Shown here: one piece after another, positions 11,075 through 55,115 of the stretch
Position numbering within the stretch: the stretch's first letter is position 1
Layout of the letters: each line of letters opens with the position of its first letter
Source of the DNA: Lingula anatina
Taxonomy: Eukaryota > Animalia > Brachiopoda
DNA length: 64,000 bases
Assembly (NCBI GenBank): GCA_051362555.1
Contig: CM120641.1
Span: 32,866,401 to 32,930,400 of the forward strand
Reading direction: 5' to 3'
Notes under the pieces: generated by a model
The model's database searches: none
What the model was told of the DNA's origin: nothing
What the model saw: only the letters and a program-made list of their open reading frames with translations
Program-made: the position numbers and the translations under genes

Positions 11075-12505
11075 GGAGGGGGGTTGGTAAATTGAAAAAT
11101 ATCTAATATCATTCTGATTTCTTTTTACAGGATTTTATTGGGGGGACGGGGGGACAAGGGGGGTTGGTAAATTGAAAAAGATCTAATATCATTCTTATTT
11201 CTTTTTACAGGACACAGAAGATGAGTGCCTACCATCGAACATTGACTACTCTTTGGAACAAGAATTTAAGGTTAGTAAATTTAATTTTTTGGAGGGATAG
11301 GTAAATTGAATAAGTCTAATCTTGTTTTATTTCTTTTTACAGGACATAGAAGATGATGAGCAACTCTACCCAGACACTGACTTCACTTGTCGATAGATGT
11401 TAAGGTAAGTAAACTTCTTTTTTTGGGTGGGATTCGGGGTGGGGGTGTAGGGGTTGGTAAATTGAAAAAGATCTAATATCATTCTTATTTCTTTTTACAG
11501 GACACAGAAGATGATGAATGCCTACCATCGAACATTGAGTACTCTTTGGAACAAAAATTTAAGGTTAGTGAATTACATTTTTTTTTTGGAGGGGATAGGT
11601 TAATTGAAAAAAATCTAATCTAGTTTTATTTCTTTTTACAGGACATAGAAGATGATGAGTGACTCTACCCAGACAATGATTTCACCTGTCTATAGATGTT
11701 AAGGTTAGTAAACTCCTTTTTTGGGGGGACGGGGGGACAAGGGGGGGTTGGTAAATTGAAAAAGATCTAATATCATTCTTATTTCTTTTTACAGGACACA
11801 GAAGATGATGAGTGCCTACTATCGAACATTGACTACTCTTTGGAACAAGAATTTAAGGTTAGTAAATTTCATTTTTTGGAGGGGATAGGTTAATTGAAAA
11901 AGATCTAATATCATTCTTATTTCTTTTTACAGGATCTGGAAGATGAAGAGCGACTCGACCCAAACACTGACTTCACTTGTCGATAGATGTTAAGGTAAGT
12001 AAACTACTTTTTTTTTTTGGGGGGGGGGGGGGTTAGTAAATTGAAAAAAGATCTAATATCATTCTTATTTCTTTTTACAGGACCTGGAAGATGAAGAGCG
12101 ACTCGACCCAAACACTGACTTCACTTGTCGATAGATGTTAAGGTTAGTAAACTTCTTTTTTTGGGGGGATGGGGGGTGGGGTGTAGGGGTTGGTAAATTG
12201 AAAAAGATCTAATATCATTCTTATTTCTTTTTACAGGACATAGAATATGATGAGTGCTTACAATCGAACATTGACTACTCTTTGGAACAAGAATTTAAGG
12301 TTAGTAAATTTCATTTTTATTTGAGAGGATAGGTAAATTTAAAAAAATCTAATCTAGTTTAATTTCTTTTTACAGGACAAAGAAGATGATGAGCGATTTA
12401 ACCCAGACACTGACTTCACTTGTCGTTAGATGTTAAGGTAAGCAAACTTTTTTTTTTTTTTTTTTTTGGGGGGGGGGGGGGGGGCAGGTCGGGTAAATTG
12501 AAAAA
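11075..12505 (+). repeat. Tandem array of ~130-160-bp units, each acceptor + 60-63-nt exon-like core + donor + short T/G-rich intron (order A B A B A B B A B)
   Basis: Ten copies of ...ctaat...tttctttttacag, nine followed by gaca/gacc/gatc...ttaag and then gttagt or gtaag. Confidence 0.9.
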
Positions 12506-13280
12506 AATGCAATAATAAACAATGCTGTCAATCAACATTGAATTTTAATCATGAACTACAGATAACATGGTCAATAACAGGAGCGAACAGGAGAGATATT
12601 ATCTGACAGTATTCCAAATTATCTTTGTTGATCCATCCTCTATTTTTGGTCTTCCAACAGAAAAAAATAGATACACGTCAATGTAAACATTAAAATCTGA
12701 CCGTCTTCCAGAAGGCCCAGAAGACAGTTTCAATCCGCCCCTGCAATAAGATTACAGTTTCAGGACCACGAGAGTTCAAATTCACATAATGAAAATCACA
12801 ATATTTGAAAAATGGTGACAGTGCATAAAATAATATTACATAATGTTTAAAGACATAAATACTAATACAACTGCTTATGTGAAAATACAGAAAATATGCA
12901 GAGATTCAAGTGGATGGGTGTTAATAGTCACATCTTGAAAATGCCAAAAATATTTTTTTTGAAAACTTATTTGCAATATTAAACAATATTTACCTGCATA
13001 ATTATCACTGCTTCCTTATTATGGATACTTATCTAGCAGAGAATTTAACCTGTAGGAGTTTACAGTATCAGCAAGTGTGTTTTACGTAATCTCATTTAAT
13101 GTCCACTTGAATCTTAATTGACTTTATAGCTCTGAACTTATACCCAAGGGAAAATTACAAATGTGACTAGTAAAGGTCTTCAGGCCCATAAGTCGCACCT
13201 TAAAAAGATGCAGAAAATAGGTCATTTTGTCTATTTTGATACAATAATAAATAATGTTTATAACAGCACAATCAACACTT
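12505..13280 (-). repeat. Inverted copy of the ~740-bp internal unit of the 56.3-59.6 kb HINE
   Basis: For example, tctgacagtattccaa..atctttgttgatccatcctc (12602-12640) and aaggtcttcaggcccataagtc are reverse complements of sequence at ~59365-59403 and ~58785-58807. Confidence 0.85.
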
Positions 13281-13282
13281 AA

Positions 13283-13469
13283 AGGGATGATAACTCTTTG
13301 TATGAGATCTATATTTCACAATAAGACATAGTAAACAACTCGTAGAAATATAATATATTCTGTTTTACCACTAAAAAGGCAGTTATAGCTATCATTCTGA
13401 TGTCTGAGCTTGTCATTAGACCACGAGACCTCCATAGATGGCTATACTCTGTTATAATCTCTTAAGAGA
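13283..13469. mobile_element. 5' half of the TTAA MITE family seen at 1619-1956
   Basis: ttaaagggatgataactctttgtatgagatctatatttcacaataa... is colinear with 1615-1808. Confidence 0.85.
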
Positions 13470-16429
13470 CGGTGTTCCAGCAGCTCATTACCACAGCATT
13501 GAAAACGAATGTTTCAAGGCAAGTGCCCGAGAAAAAAGGTAACATTATTGATAGTTATTAAAAATTATATTTTAATGATGTTATGAACTGTAGGCCTGAT
13601 AAACATCTAGCATTTACAGGTTGACTTACGAAGTGTCCATACTTGTTTATACGTATTATACTTTTTCTTTTGCTCTCGATGCTCTATTACAAAGATATCA
13701 TTTGAACTTGTAGGCTACCAAAAGTCTTCGTAACAACAATAGAATAAGGCAGCAACTTAGTCTTCATCCTTCAATGATAACCGTAAGGTATTTCCATACA
13801 CCTAATGGTATGTCTTTTTTACCCACTAAATCTTTCCATAATGTCAAATAAGATTAAACTGAATGTTGACTTTAATAAATGCAGTGTGTGTAATAAGATA
13901 TAAAACTTTACAAAATCTTGACTTAGTTTTGATATCTATTTCAGAACTGAATACGGTATGTGGGATTGGCGTCATCTTTGCTGTCAACGTTTTAGAGGCA
14001 TTTTTCATAACATGCAAAACACCAAATATAAGAAATACATCGAAAAATGTACCCAGTTCATATCCATAAGACATATAGAGAATAACTGAAAGATTTTGGA
14101 CCATGGCTAATTATTACGGAGAATCACAATGCAGGTTAAAACAAAGCCAATGCACCGAATGGGTCTAACTATGATTGAAATAGATATAACTCTTTGTTGG
14201 AAAAATACTGTTAATACACGCGTACATACAAGTATGTAAATAGTTTTCACTAATAATTGCAAATTCTGGCGATATTATTTTGTTTATGGTTAACTTTAAA
14301 AACTTGTTAGATGTGATTTTATCGAGATGAATTAGATATTTTTTCACTTGTGCGTTTGAACGTACTTTGATATCTTATCTAACTTAAGTGGGGTAGTCCT
14401 CATTTCATATGTATATAATTACATATAGTTCATACGTATTTAATTGGTTAATCTGCACTACATGTAAGTCTTGGGTCTATATGAGAAGTGTGTATGGGTT
14501 AATTTCTCATGAGGAACATTGGTATTGCCCACAGTAATGATTGTCCACATTTCAGCCATTGGTTTGGAATTAGTATTTATAAAATATTTACCTCTGATGA
14601 CAGGGGAATTGTTTAGCATTTGAGAAAATCATAATCTAAGTCCTTTCTGTTACCCTTACTAATTCTAATCCTTTTCCTCCTGAAGAATGCTGGGTGCACA
14701 CGGCCATTCCTCGAGGGGGGATCGCATGTCACTGCCTTTCCGATTTTCTCAAGTGTGGTTGAACAATTACCACTTTACACGAGTACCTTTTATTTTCTAA
14801 ATCAAAAATGAACTTAAAATCGAAATTGGACAGTTACTTGAGATTATATCAATGATCCAAACGATTTCAAAGCAAGCTTGCTTTATTCCTTACTTGTTGT
14901 TCCACATTTCCTGTTAAGTAAAGAGCAATGAAATGAAAGTATTGATGTTAAACTGTATATTTTTGTTATAACATTTCTTACAAAGGTGGGCAGTTTTCCT
15001 TAAAGAAGGTTTCCTTATTCATTATAGAATTAATTGTTCCTGGGATGTTGAAAAAAATTAATCCAGAATGAAGTTATTGGAGAGTATTAATTGCATATCA
15101 TTAAACAACCTACACCAATCTGCAATTTAAGCATTTGAAAATAATTTCTGTTAATAAGGTAATTGATTTTGTAATGTATAATTAGAAATAAAGTTTAAAG
15201 CTTTCTGGTGTCATATTGTCTGGTTTGTATTTATTGCTAGTAAAACATAGTTGTACCCCCCCCCCCCCTACACACACACACACACAAAGCATATATTGGA
15301 TTGAAACGAGACAGAATGATGCTTTTATTTTTATCCCTGGGCCTTGCACATTGTAGTAAAATTATCTTTGTATGTTTTACAAAATGTTTCGTTTTTGTGC
15401 CCCCCTCCCCTTTACCAAAATCATTAGCGTGCCAATGCCACGTCTGCCACAAATACCACTGATCGAAGCAAACAAATACCTACAATGTAGACGATGTCTG
15501 AGAAGAGGCTTATAAGCCTGATGCTATTTACACATAATGATCAAATAGATGGTATCGATTCAAATGGCTTTGTGAACAAGTAAATACTTAACTACAAAAT
15601 AAAGGGCCGAATATAAGAATGTTGGTTAATTTTAGCATTTTTATAGCTTTTTAGGAAAATTGCCATTTTTTCTTATGTGGCATAAAAGGGAGATAAAATA
15701 CTAAAACACTAAAATGCAGAATGATGGTGAAGGGGTTAATAATCGCGCAAAAAGCACTTTAGCTCCAAAATTGGTCTGATCTTTTCATCCAGAACTTGGT
15801 CTACTCCCGTTCAAACTAAATCCATAGCAGCCTACTTAAAATTTGAATTGGTTTACAATATGAGGCATGTTCCTCTTGTTATAAAAAGGGCACACTTTTT
15901 TCATCGAATTGATGACTGTCGTATATAGCTAGGGTGAATATGTTTTCTCCACGAACGATGTGTAAAGCAGCACGAGCGTTTCGGAGATGAATAAATAATG
16001 CTAACGAAATTGTGAAAAAAGTTTATTATTCTTTATCATAATCTTATCTCTATATATAAAGTATTTTGTTCTCATACAAAAAATCAAATATCTAAAATTA
16101 CATTTTACTTCGTTTTTATTCTCAGCCAATTGACAAGATATATACAACTCGATGCAGATTTAAATGCGATTTGGAATTACTTTTTTTCTATTGCAAGCAT
16201 ACACACGCTAGACAGCAGTCGCACGCAAGAACGCATATATATATATATGCACGCATGCACTTGAGTAGCCTACCCACGCATACAGTGCAGATGTAGTACA
16301 AATGACCAATGACATAGGGCCTACGTGTACACACACTTGCACGTACAACACACGGGTTGTTCATTCAACATGCTGGCTGCCAAGTCATGGAATGCTCGGC
16401 GTTATATCATAATGCCAATTTCAGTGTGT

Positions 16430-18392
16430 CTATGAACTTATGTCATCCCTTCTCTTTCTCCAGAAGGGGGTTTGTGGTCTGCGGCGTTTGGGTTTCGCAG
16501 CTTCTGCGGGCTTTTCGCTGGGACTGACTTGAAGGGGGGCCACGCCTCTTTTCTTTTGCCAAGGAAATCGAAACTTAGGTCGCTTGGTGGAGCTAGGACA
16601 GGTTGGCGTTTCAGCACGGGGTGCCTCGGGTCTGGGAGCTTTCGGCAGGTACGGTGCCAGGCTGAGGTCCTGGTCGTACTGGGGACAGTTCGGCAAGGTC
16701 ACATTAAAGTGACATGCTTGTGACGCTTTCTCACTAGGTCGAGGTCTAGAAAATACCAAAAACAATTATACATGATTGATGTTTATGTGATTTTTGTGAG
16801 CGTGAAGATATTTTTTGTGTGATGAATAATAAAGAATAATAGCTTATGATGAGAACAAAACTGGAAAAATAATCAAACACCGTTTATATTCTCATTAATC
16901 AGAATTGTTATTTAAAAAAACGAAAAAAAAAAGATTATTACAAAATAAGGTTTACCTAAAGCAGGAACTGCTGATCTCATCGGGTTCATCGGTTATACTG
17001 GCAGTAGGTGAACGTTGGGGCTCGAGGAGCTCAGAGAACTTTGTTTCTGATTTACAGCCAGACTCGGGTCTGAAAATATAATATCTTAGTTAACTGCACA
17101 TTCGTGCATATCCAAAACAGAAAAATCATTAAAAGTTTAAGTGACATCTGATAACACTGCAAACAAAATACATGTACATAATAGGAAAAGGGCAAATAAT
17201 AAACTCGTGTGCAAACAAACAAAATAGTAGTGGTAGTAATTGTAGTAGTAAAACTATATTCACAAGACTAAAGCACTGTAACTTATATTAGCGTATTAGT
17301 TGCATACCTTATTGACTGACTAGCATCATGAAGATGTGTCTCGACACGGGAACATTTCATTGTCTCGGGGACAGCACCGGGTAATGCTGGGCAAATTGCC
17401 TCGTACATCTGAGGCGTCAGTTTTGGCATTTGATTCAGAGGATGCTCTGTGAAAACCAGGCCGTCTTCTAAACGCTTTTTCTTTTTTCCACTGGGAATAG
17501 GATTGAGCTGAAAGAGGTTCTTCTTGATATTTTTCAAATGCTGCTTTGCAGTTTTCTTTGGCTTGGTCGGCCGCTCGAATTCATAAGGACTTACGTGGAC
17601 TTCATGGAGGTGTCCATCTGGTAAATGGTATACCTGTGTAGGAGCAGTCGCTGTGTCGAAAATGGACGAGAGGTTTCCCGGCTTCTTTGTTTTTGGCCGG
17701 GCTGACTGGAAAGGAGCCGGTTCCAGTAATTTGCTTATGTCTGCTGTAAGCTCCTTTTGCAGGTCTGCCAGCAGTTTCTGGGCATGTGGGGCGACCTGTG
17801 ACTCTGGGAAACTTGATGGCATGGTGCTGGTCATGTTTGGTGCGTTTGGCTGACCCCCCATCTGATTTCTATGTGCCATGCTTTTAGGTGTCGCAAATTT
17901 TGAATTCTTCGACGTGGAAAATGCTAAGCTTTTGGCATTAGGACCCTGCATATTCTGGTCTTCGTTTAAGGTGGCACTTTTATTACCTGGAGGTCGTAAC
18001 ACAACATGTTCGGCGCCAGATGCTTTGGGCTCAAAGTTTGAAGACGCAGGTGAAGTTGGCTTAGGCAGAACTTTTTCATCTGTCGATTTTTCTATGGGCG
18101 TCATACGATATGGAATAAATTCACTCTCTGAGGAGGTCGAATGAAGTGTGGCCTTGGGGTCCATCTGCTGCACTGGACGACCACACCCAGCTTCGAACTC
18201 TCTCATTGGGCGCTTGAACTTCTCCAGCGGGACCTCTCCGTCTCTTGACACAGCACGAAAAATGTCTGAATTCAAGACAATGTCTTCATCTTCTCTGCGT
18301 CTTGTGCGCTGTTTTTCATATATAGAATTAATCGTTCCATCATCTACTCGCATCGACTTCAGACTTTTAAAACAAAGGCATAGACAACTCAT
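16430..18392 (-). CDS. Three-exon uncharacterised, Pro/Ser/Lys-rich, probably disordered protein (~504 aa)
   Basis: Exons 18392-17308, 17069-16956 and 16745-16430 join in frame through two canonical phase-2 GT-AG introns. The start is MSCLCLCFKS. The 1.1-kb first exon is open and GC-elevated, and AATAAA lies on the minus strand at ~16115. Confidence 0.8.
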
Positions 18393-18421
18393 CTTGCTGC
18401 TTTGCAATATCACTTAGATAT

Positions 18422-18688
18422 ATGGCAACTATAGTGACATGTGTGACGTCACAGATGATTTTCCTACATCAAAGCGACGCAAGGATAAAATTATAAACTG
18501 TACAATTAATTGAAAACAAAGGAATGTTTTATTTGTTTTTATTACTCGCTAAGTAACAACAAGTTTCCGAGTAAAAATTAAAAAAATATTTTTATGATAT
18601 TAATGATTAAACCCAGCCATTGATATACAGATCTAATAGATAAGAATCAAGATTATAGTTGATCATGACGTCATAAAGCATAGTAACG
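18422..18688. promoter_or_regulatory. Candidate promoter of the orphan gene with two palindromic CRE sites and RFX-like half-sites
   Basis: TGACGTCA at 18444-18451 and 18666-18673; atggcaac (18422-18429) and catagtaac (18679-18687). Confidence 0.45.
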
Positions 18689-19011
18689 GTTAAGCCGAAA
18701 CAATCGGTTAGTTGTGTGTTGTAAAATTTTCTCCATTATAAAGTGTTTTTTTATTGCACACATGGGCTTAGAAAAACTTTACACAAGATGTTTACTATGA
18801 TACACAAATGCCTAAATTCAAATGTCTTACATTTTCTTAAAAAATCAACTTCGTTTTATTTTGAAACAGACCATAAAGAGGGCTGATTAGCCAGATATCG
18901 AATTGTTTTACACAATAGCCAATTGATCATATTGTTTCTCTAAAGTCACGTTTTAATAAAAGACGGACCGCCTTCCCATTCCTATGGGACGTCTGGGTAA
19001 ATAAATAAATT

Positions 19012-19138
19012 GGCGTTTCGATAGTCCGAATGTTCATTGGTCCGAATAAAACCGTAGCATTTTCATCAGTTTTTATCAAGGGCTCGTTGGTCCGTAGGTT
19101 CTATAGTGAACGTTCGGACCAATGAACCTTCGGACTAT
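19012..19138. mobile_element. Degenerate copy of the MITE family at 55686-55856
   Basis: atagtccgaatgttcattggtccgaa ... ttcggaccaatgaaccttcggactat; it abuts and truncates the AAA pseudogene. Confidence 0.75.
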
Positions 19139-19540
19139 GCGTTTCTGAAATCTCCTAAGGAAAGCAGGACCCAGCTCCCAGGGACAGTTTGTTGTAGGCC
19201 TACATAGAAGGAATATTCTCTCAGAACTTCCAGAACTGTCTGCTCCCTCCATCTGTTTCAAAAGTTCCGTTTTCACTCTACGTGAGTGCTCTTCCTCATG
19301 TGAGCTCCTTTTGCTACACACGCTGTCAATTTCATCAATAAACACGACCGATCTTCTTCCCTGGCTAGTAGCAGGCTGAAACAGGTCTTTGATCCTCTCT
19401 CCAACCTAACTTGAAATGAGATCCGAGTTTGAGACACTAGAAGCCAGACCTGATTTCTGATGAAACTGCCTGAGCTAGTCAACTTTTGCCAGTGCCTGGA
19501 GGACCATACAGTAGGATTCTTTGCCAAGGTTTACGCCCAC
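19137..19540 (-). pseudogene. Disrupted VPS4-like (meiotic clade) AAA ATPase fragment
   Basis: GRKPWQRILLYGPPGTGKS (Walker A), FIDEIDS (Walker B), SRRVKTELLKQMEG and TNCPW...FLRRFQKRI (SRH) are present, with in-frame stops and frameshifts. Confidence 0.88.
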
Positions 19541-20187
19541 CTACAATGCCAAATCCATTGAAACACATGACCATGGATATGAAGTATACAGGTACCGAGG
19601 TCATTTAATATTATGGTTATTTGAGTAGTAGAAGACTATCAAAATAATTTAAAAATTTGAAATAGAAATTGTACTTTAAATCAATTACTAGTATATAATT
19701 TAATTACTAAATAATATTAATTTAAAGCAAAATGCTCACACAGTATTTTAAATAAAACATTATATGCATCTTGCCTTCACGGGGGCGGATCCAGGATTAT
19801 TTGAGGGGGGGAGGTCCGCAGATGCGAAGCCAACCTTCCTCCCCCCCCCCCCAGGCGTGGGGTTAGGGGCCCGCTGAAAGGCTCCGAAAAACGGTTTAAA
19901 ATTATGATTCAGCTAGTCAAAATTGGTGTGATTTTTTTCAGAAATCGAAGTAGGGGGGTCTGAACCCCCTGATCCCCCTAAATCCGCCACTGTAAATGGC
20001 TTTTTTTCGGGGAAATGCCTTCTTATGTCAAATATATACTGTATGAACTCATTTTCCAATCATTTTATGCTTGTGGACGTTTGAGGTCGTTTGTGGACGT
20101 TTGTAGATGTTAATGAGAGAGACCGGCTAGGTTTGTTTATTTTAATTTGTTTTTATAAATTCACTTTTTATTTTTTAACACGTCAAA

Positions 20188-20189
20188 AA

Positions 20190-20261
<72 letters not shown>

Positions 20262-20263
20262 AA
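20188..20263. repeat. (AAAT)n microsatellite
   Basis: Read directly from the sequence. Confidence 0.95.
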
Positions 20264-20519
20264 AAGAGGTGGATCACGTTAATAATTGATAAATACTTAA
20301 AATTTTTCAACTTTGATTCGTTTTTAATTCATTATTATTATTACCAAAGTACATCGTTCAGTTTTTCGGAAAGCCACGAGCGGTTTTAGTAAACGTCTTA
20401 TCGGTGGGTACTTTTCGCCCATTTCAATTAACCGGATGTAGACACCGCCAGGTAGAATATATATTTTTGTTATGATAATGTGCGGGGCTTAAAAAGTTCT
20501 CAGCCAGTTGCAATCCAAA

Positions 20520-51819
<31,300 letters not shown>

Positions 51820-53212
51820 GACTGAGAGCAACAATCACAGTTCAGCTGAAATTATAGAACAGGCTGAGACCCTTTTGGTTTGTCAAACCAGCCATGAACC
51901 TGCAGGTGAACGGTGGAAATCATGTTAATGGTTGTGACTGCTGTAGCTTGACATTTATCTTAAGTGCTCATAGACTGGTGCCTACAAAATAGTGATATCT
52001 CATTTAAAGTTAGCAATTCATAAAACACGTTCGTAGAATTTTGTTACCCAAGATTAGTTTTCATACAAGAATAAAACTTGATAGACTCAAATATGATATT
52101 GACTGGCCCAAAGAAGAGCAGACACCAGACTTTTATATCCAGGTAAAATGTTAACCATGTGAATGTTTGAGGTTGCAATGGCTTCTGTACATGTGAAGTG
52201 GACACCAGTTGTATTCTTCTGGTTAATTTTTTCCAGATCAACTTTATTTTTAAGCATCAGCAAGCAATGTAGATAGTGCATTATCCCAGAAGTGGTTTTA
52301 AAGGATTTATAAGGGAAATGTAGAAACTGATTAACAGGGTTTTAAATATATTTGTCAGTTTTGTGTATGAGAGCACCTTGCTTTTAGATTGAAAGTGGGA
52401 GATGTTGATTAAGAACCAATATGATAGAATGGGCAATAAATACCCAAGTAAATACTTTGTAAGGCACGAAAGTGGTTTAACCATATTTATTGTTTTTTTT
52501 CTAGCAAATATTGTACCCATTACTTATTCAACAATAAGAACAGGACACTTAAGACAACTGTAAAAAATATGGGAAAGAGAATTGATTCACTTGTGTGCTA
52601 GTTCCATGGGACCATTAAATCACTCTATGGCAAGTTATGATAAAACTATTACAAAACTGTTAGTGAATACTTATTCACTTTTGTTTAAAAACTGAACTCA
52701 TTATGTTCCAACTGCAGTGATAATGTTAAGATTTATTAAATGTTTTGCTCTCCAGAGTGCTATTATAATCAAGATTTATTTCAAGAGGTGTAATTTTTAA
52801 AGGGATTAAATTTTCCCCCAATTAAAATTGTGATACATGAAATTAAGTCAAGCCATCATGTAGAAAAGGTGTTGCAGTTATATACATATATTTTTTATAC
52901 AGATAAAATATGTATTATTCATGCATGATTAAGGTTGTATTGAGTAAAGGAGGTTAGGATCAAAATACATAGTTATTGTTTAACGGCAAAAATTACAACT
53001 TTATAACTGTATAAATCAGATTTGCATTTTTACAAGTCATATGTAGAAGTCACTTAAAAATGATATTAATTTTAAAAACTTGTGAAGTTTTCATCTAGCA
53101 GCTGATATTACGATTAATCCATTGAGAAAAAAATCTTGCAAGTCTCTATTCCAGAATTTGGAACTTCCTCCAAGGAGAAAAATAAAATTTGATGCAAAAA
53201 TGTATATTTGTG

Positions 53213-55115
<1,903 letters not shown>

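Noticed and set aside
11075-12505. Array as CRISPR, or as a C/D snoRNA cluster (ATGATGA...CTGA in B cores)
   Set aside because: The context is eukaryotic, the spacers are not unique and there are no cas genes. The C-box-like motif is explained by GAT GAT GAG codons, lies in the exon-like part, and has no terminal D box or stem.
13470-15200. Possible decayed viral or transposon ORF on the minus strand
   Set aside because: It reads vaguely protein-like, but my hand translation of ~200 codons had about 13 stops, roughly what random AT-rich DNA gives, and no recognisable motif. A TBLASTX/HMM search would be needed.
17653-18417. Plus-strand ORFs overlapping the orphan gene
   Set aside because: Antisense shadows of the real minus-strand exon.
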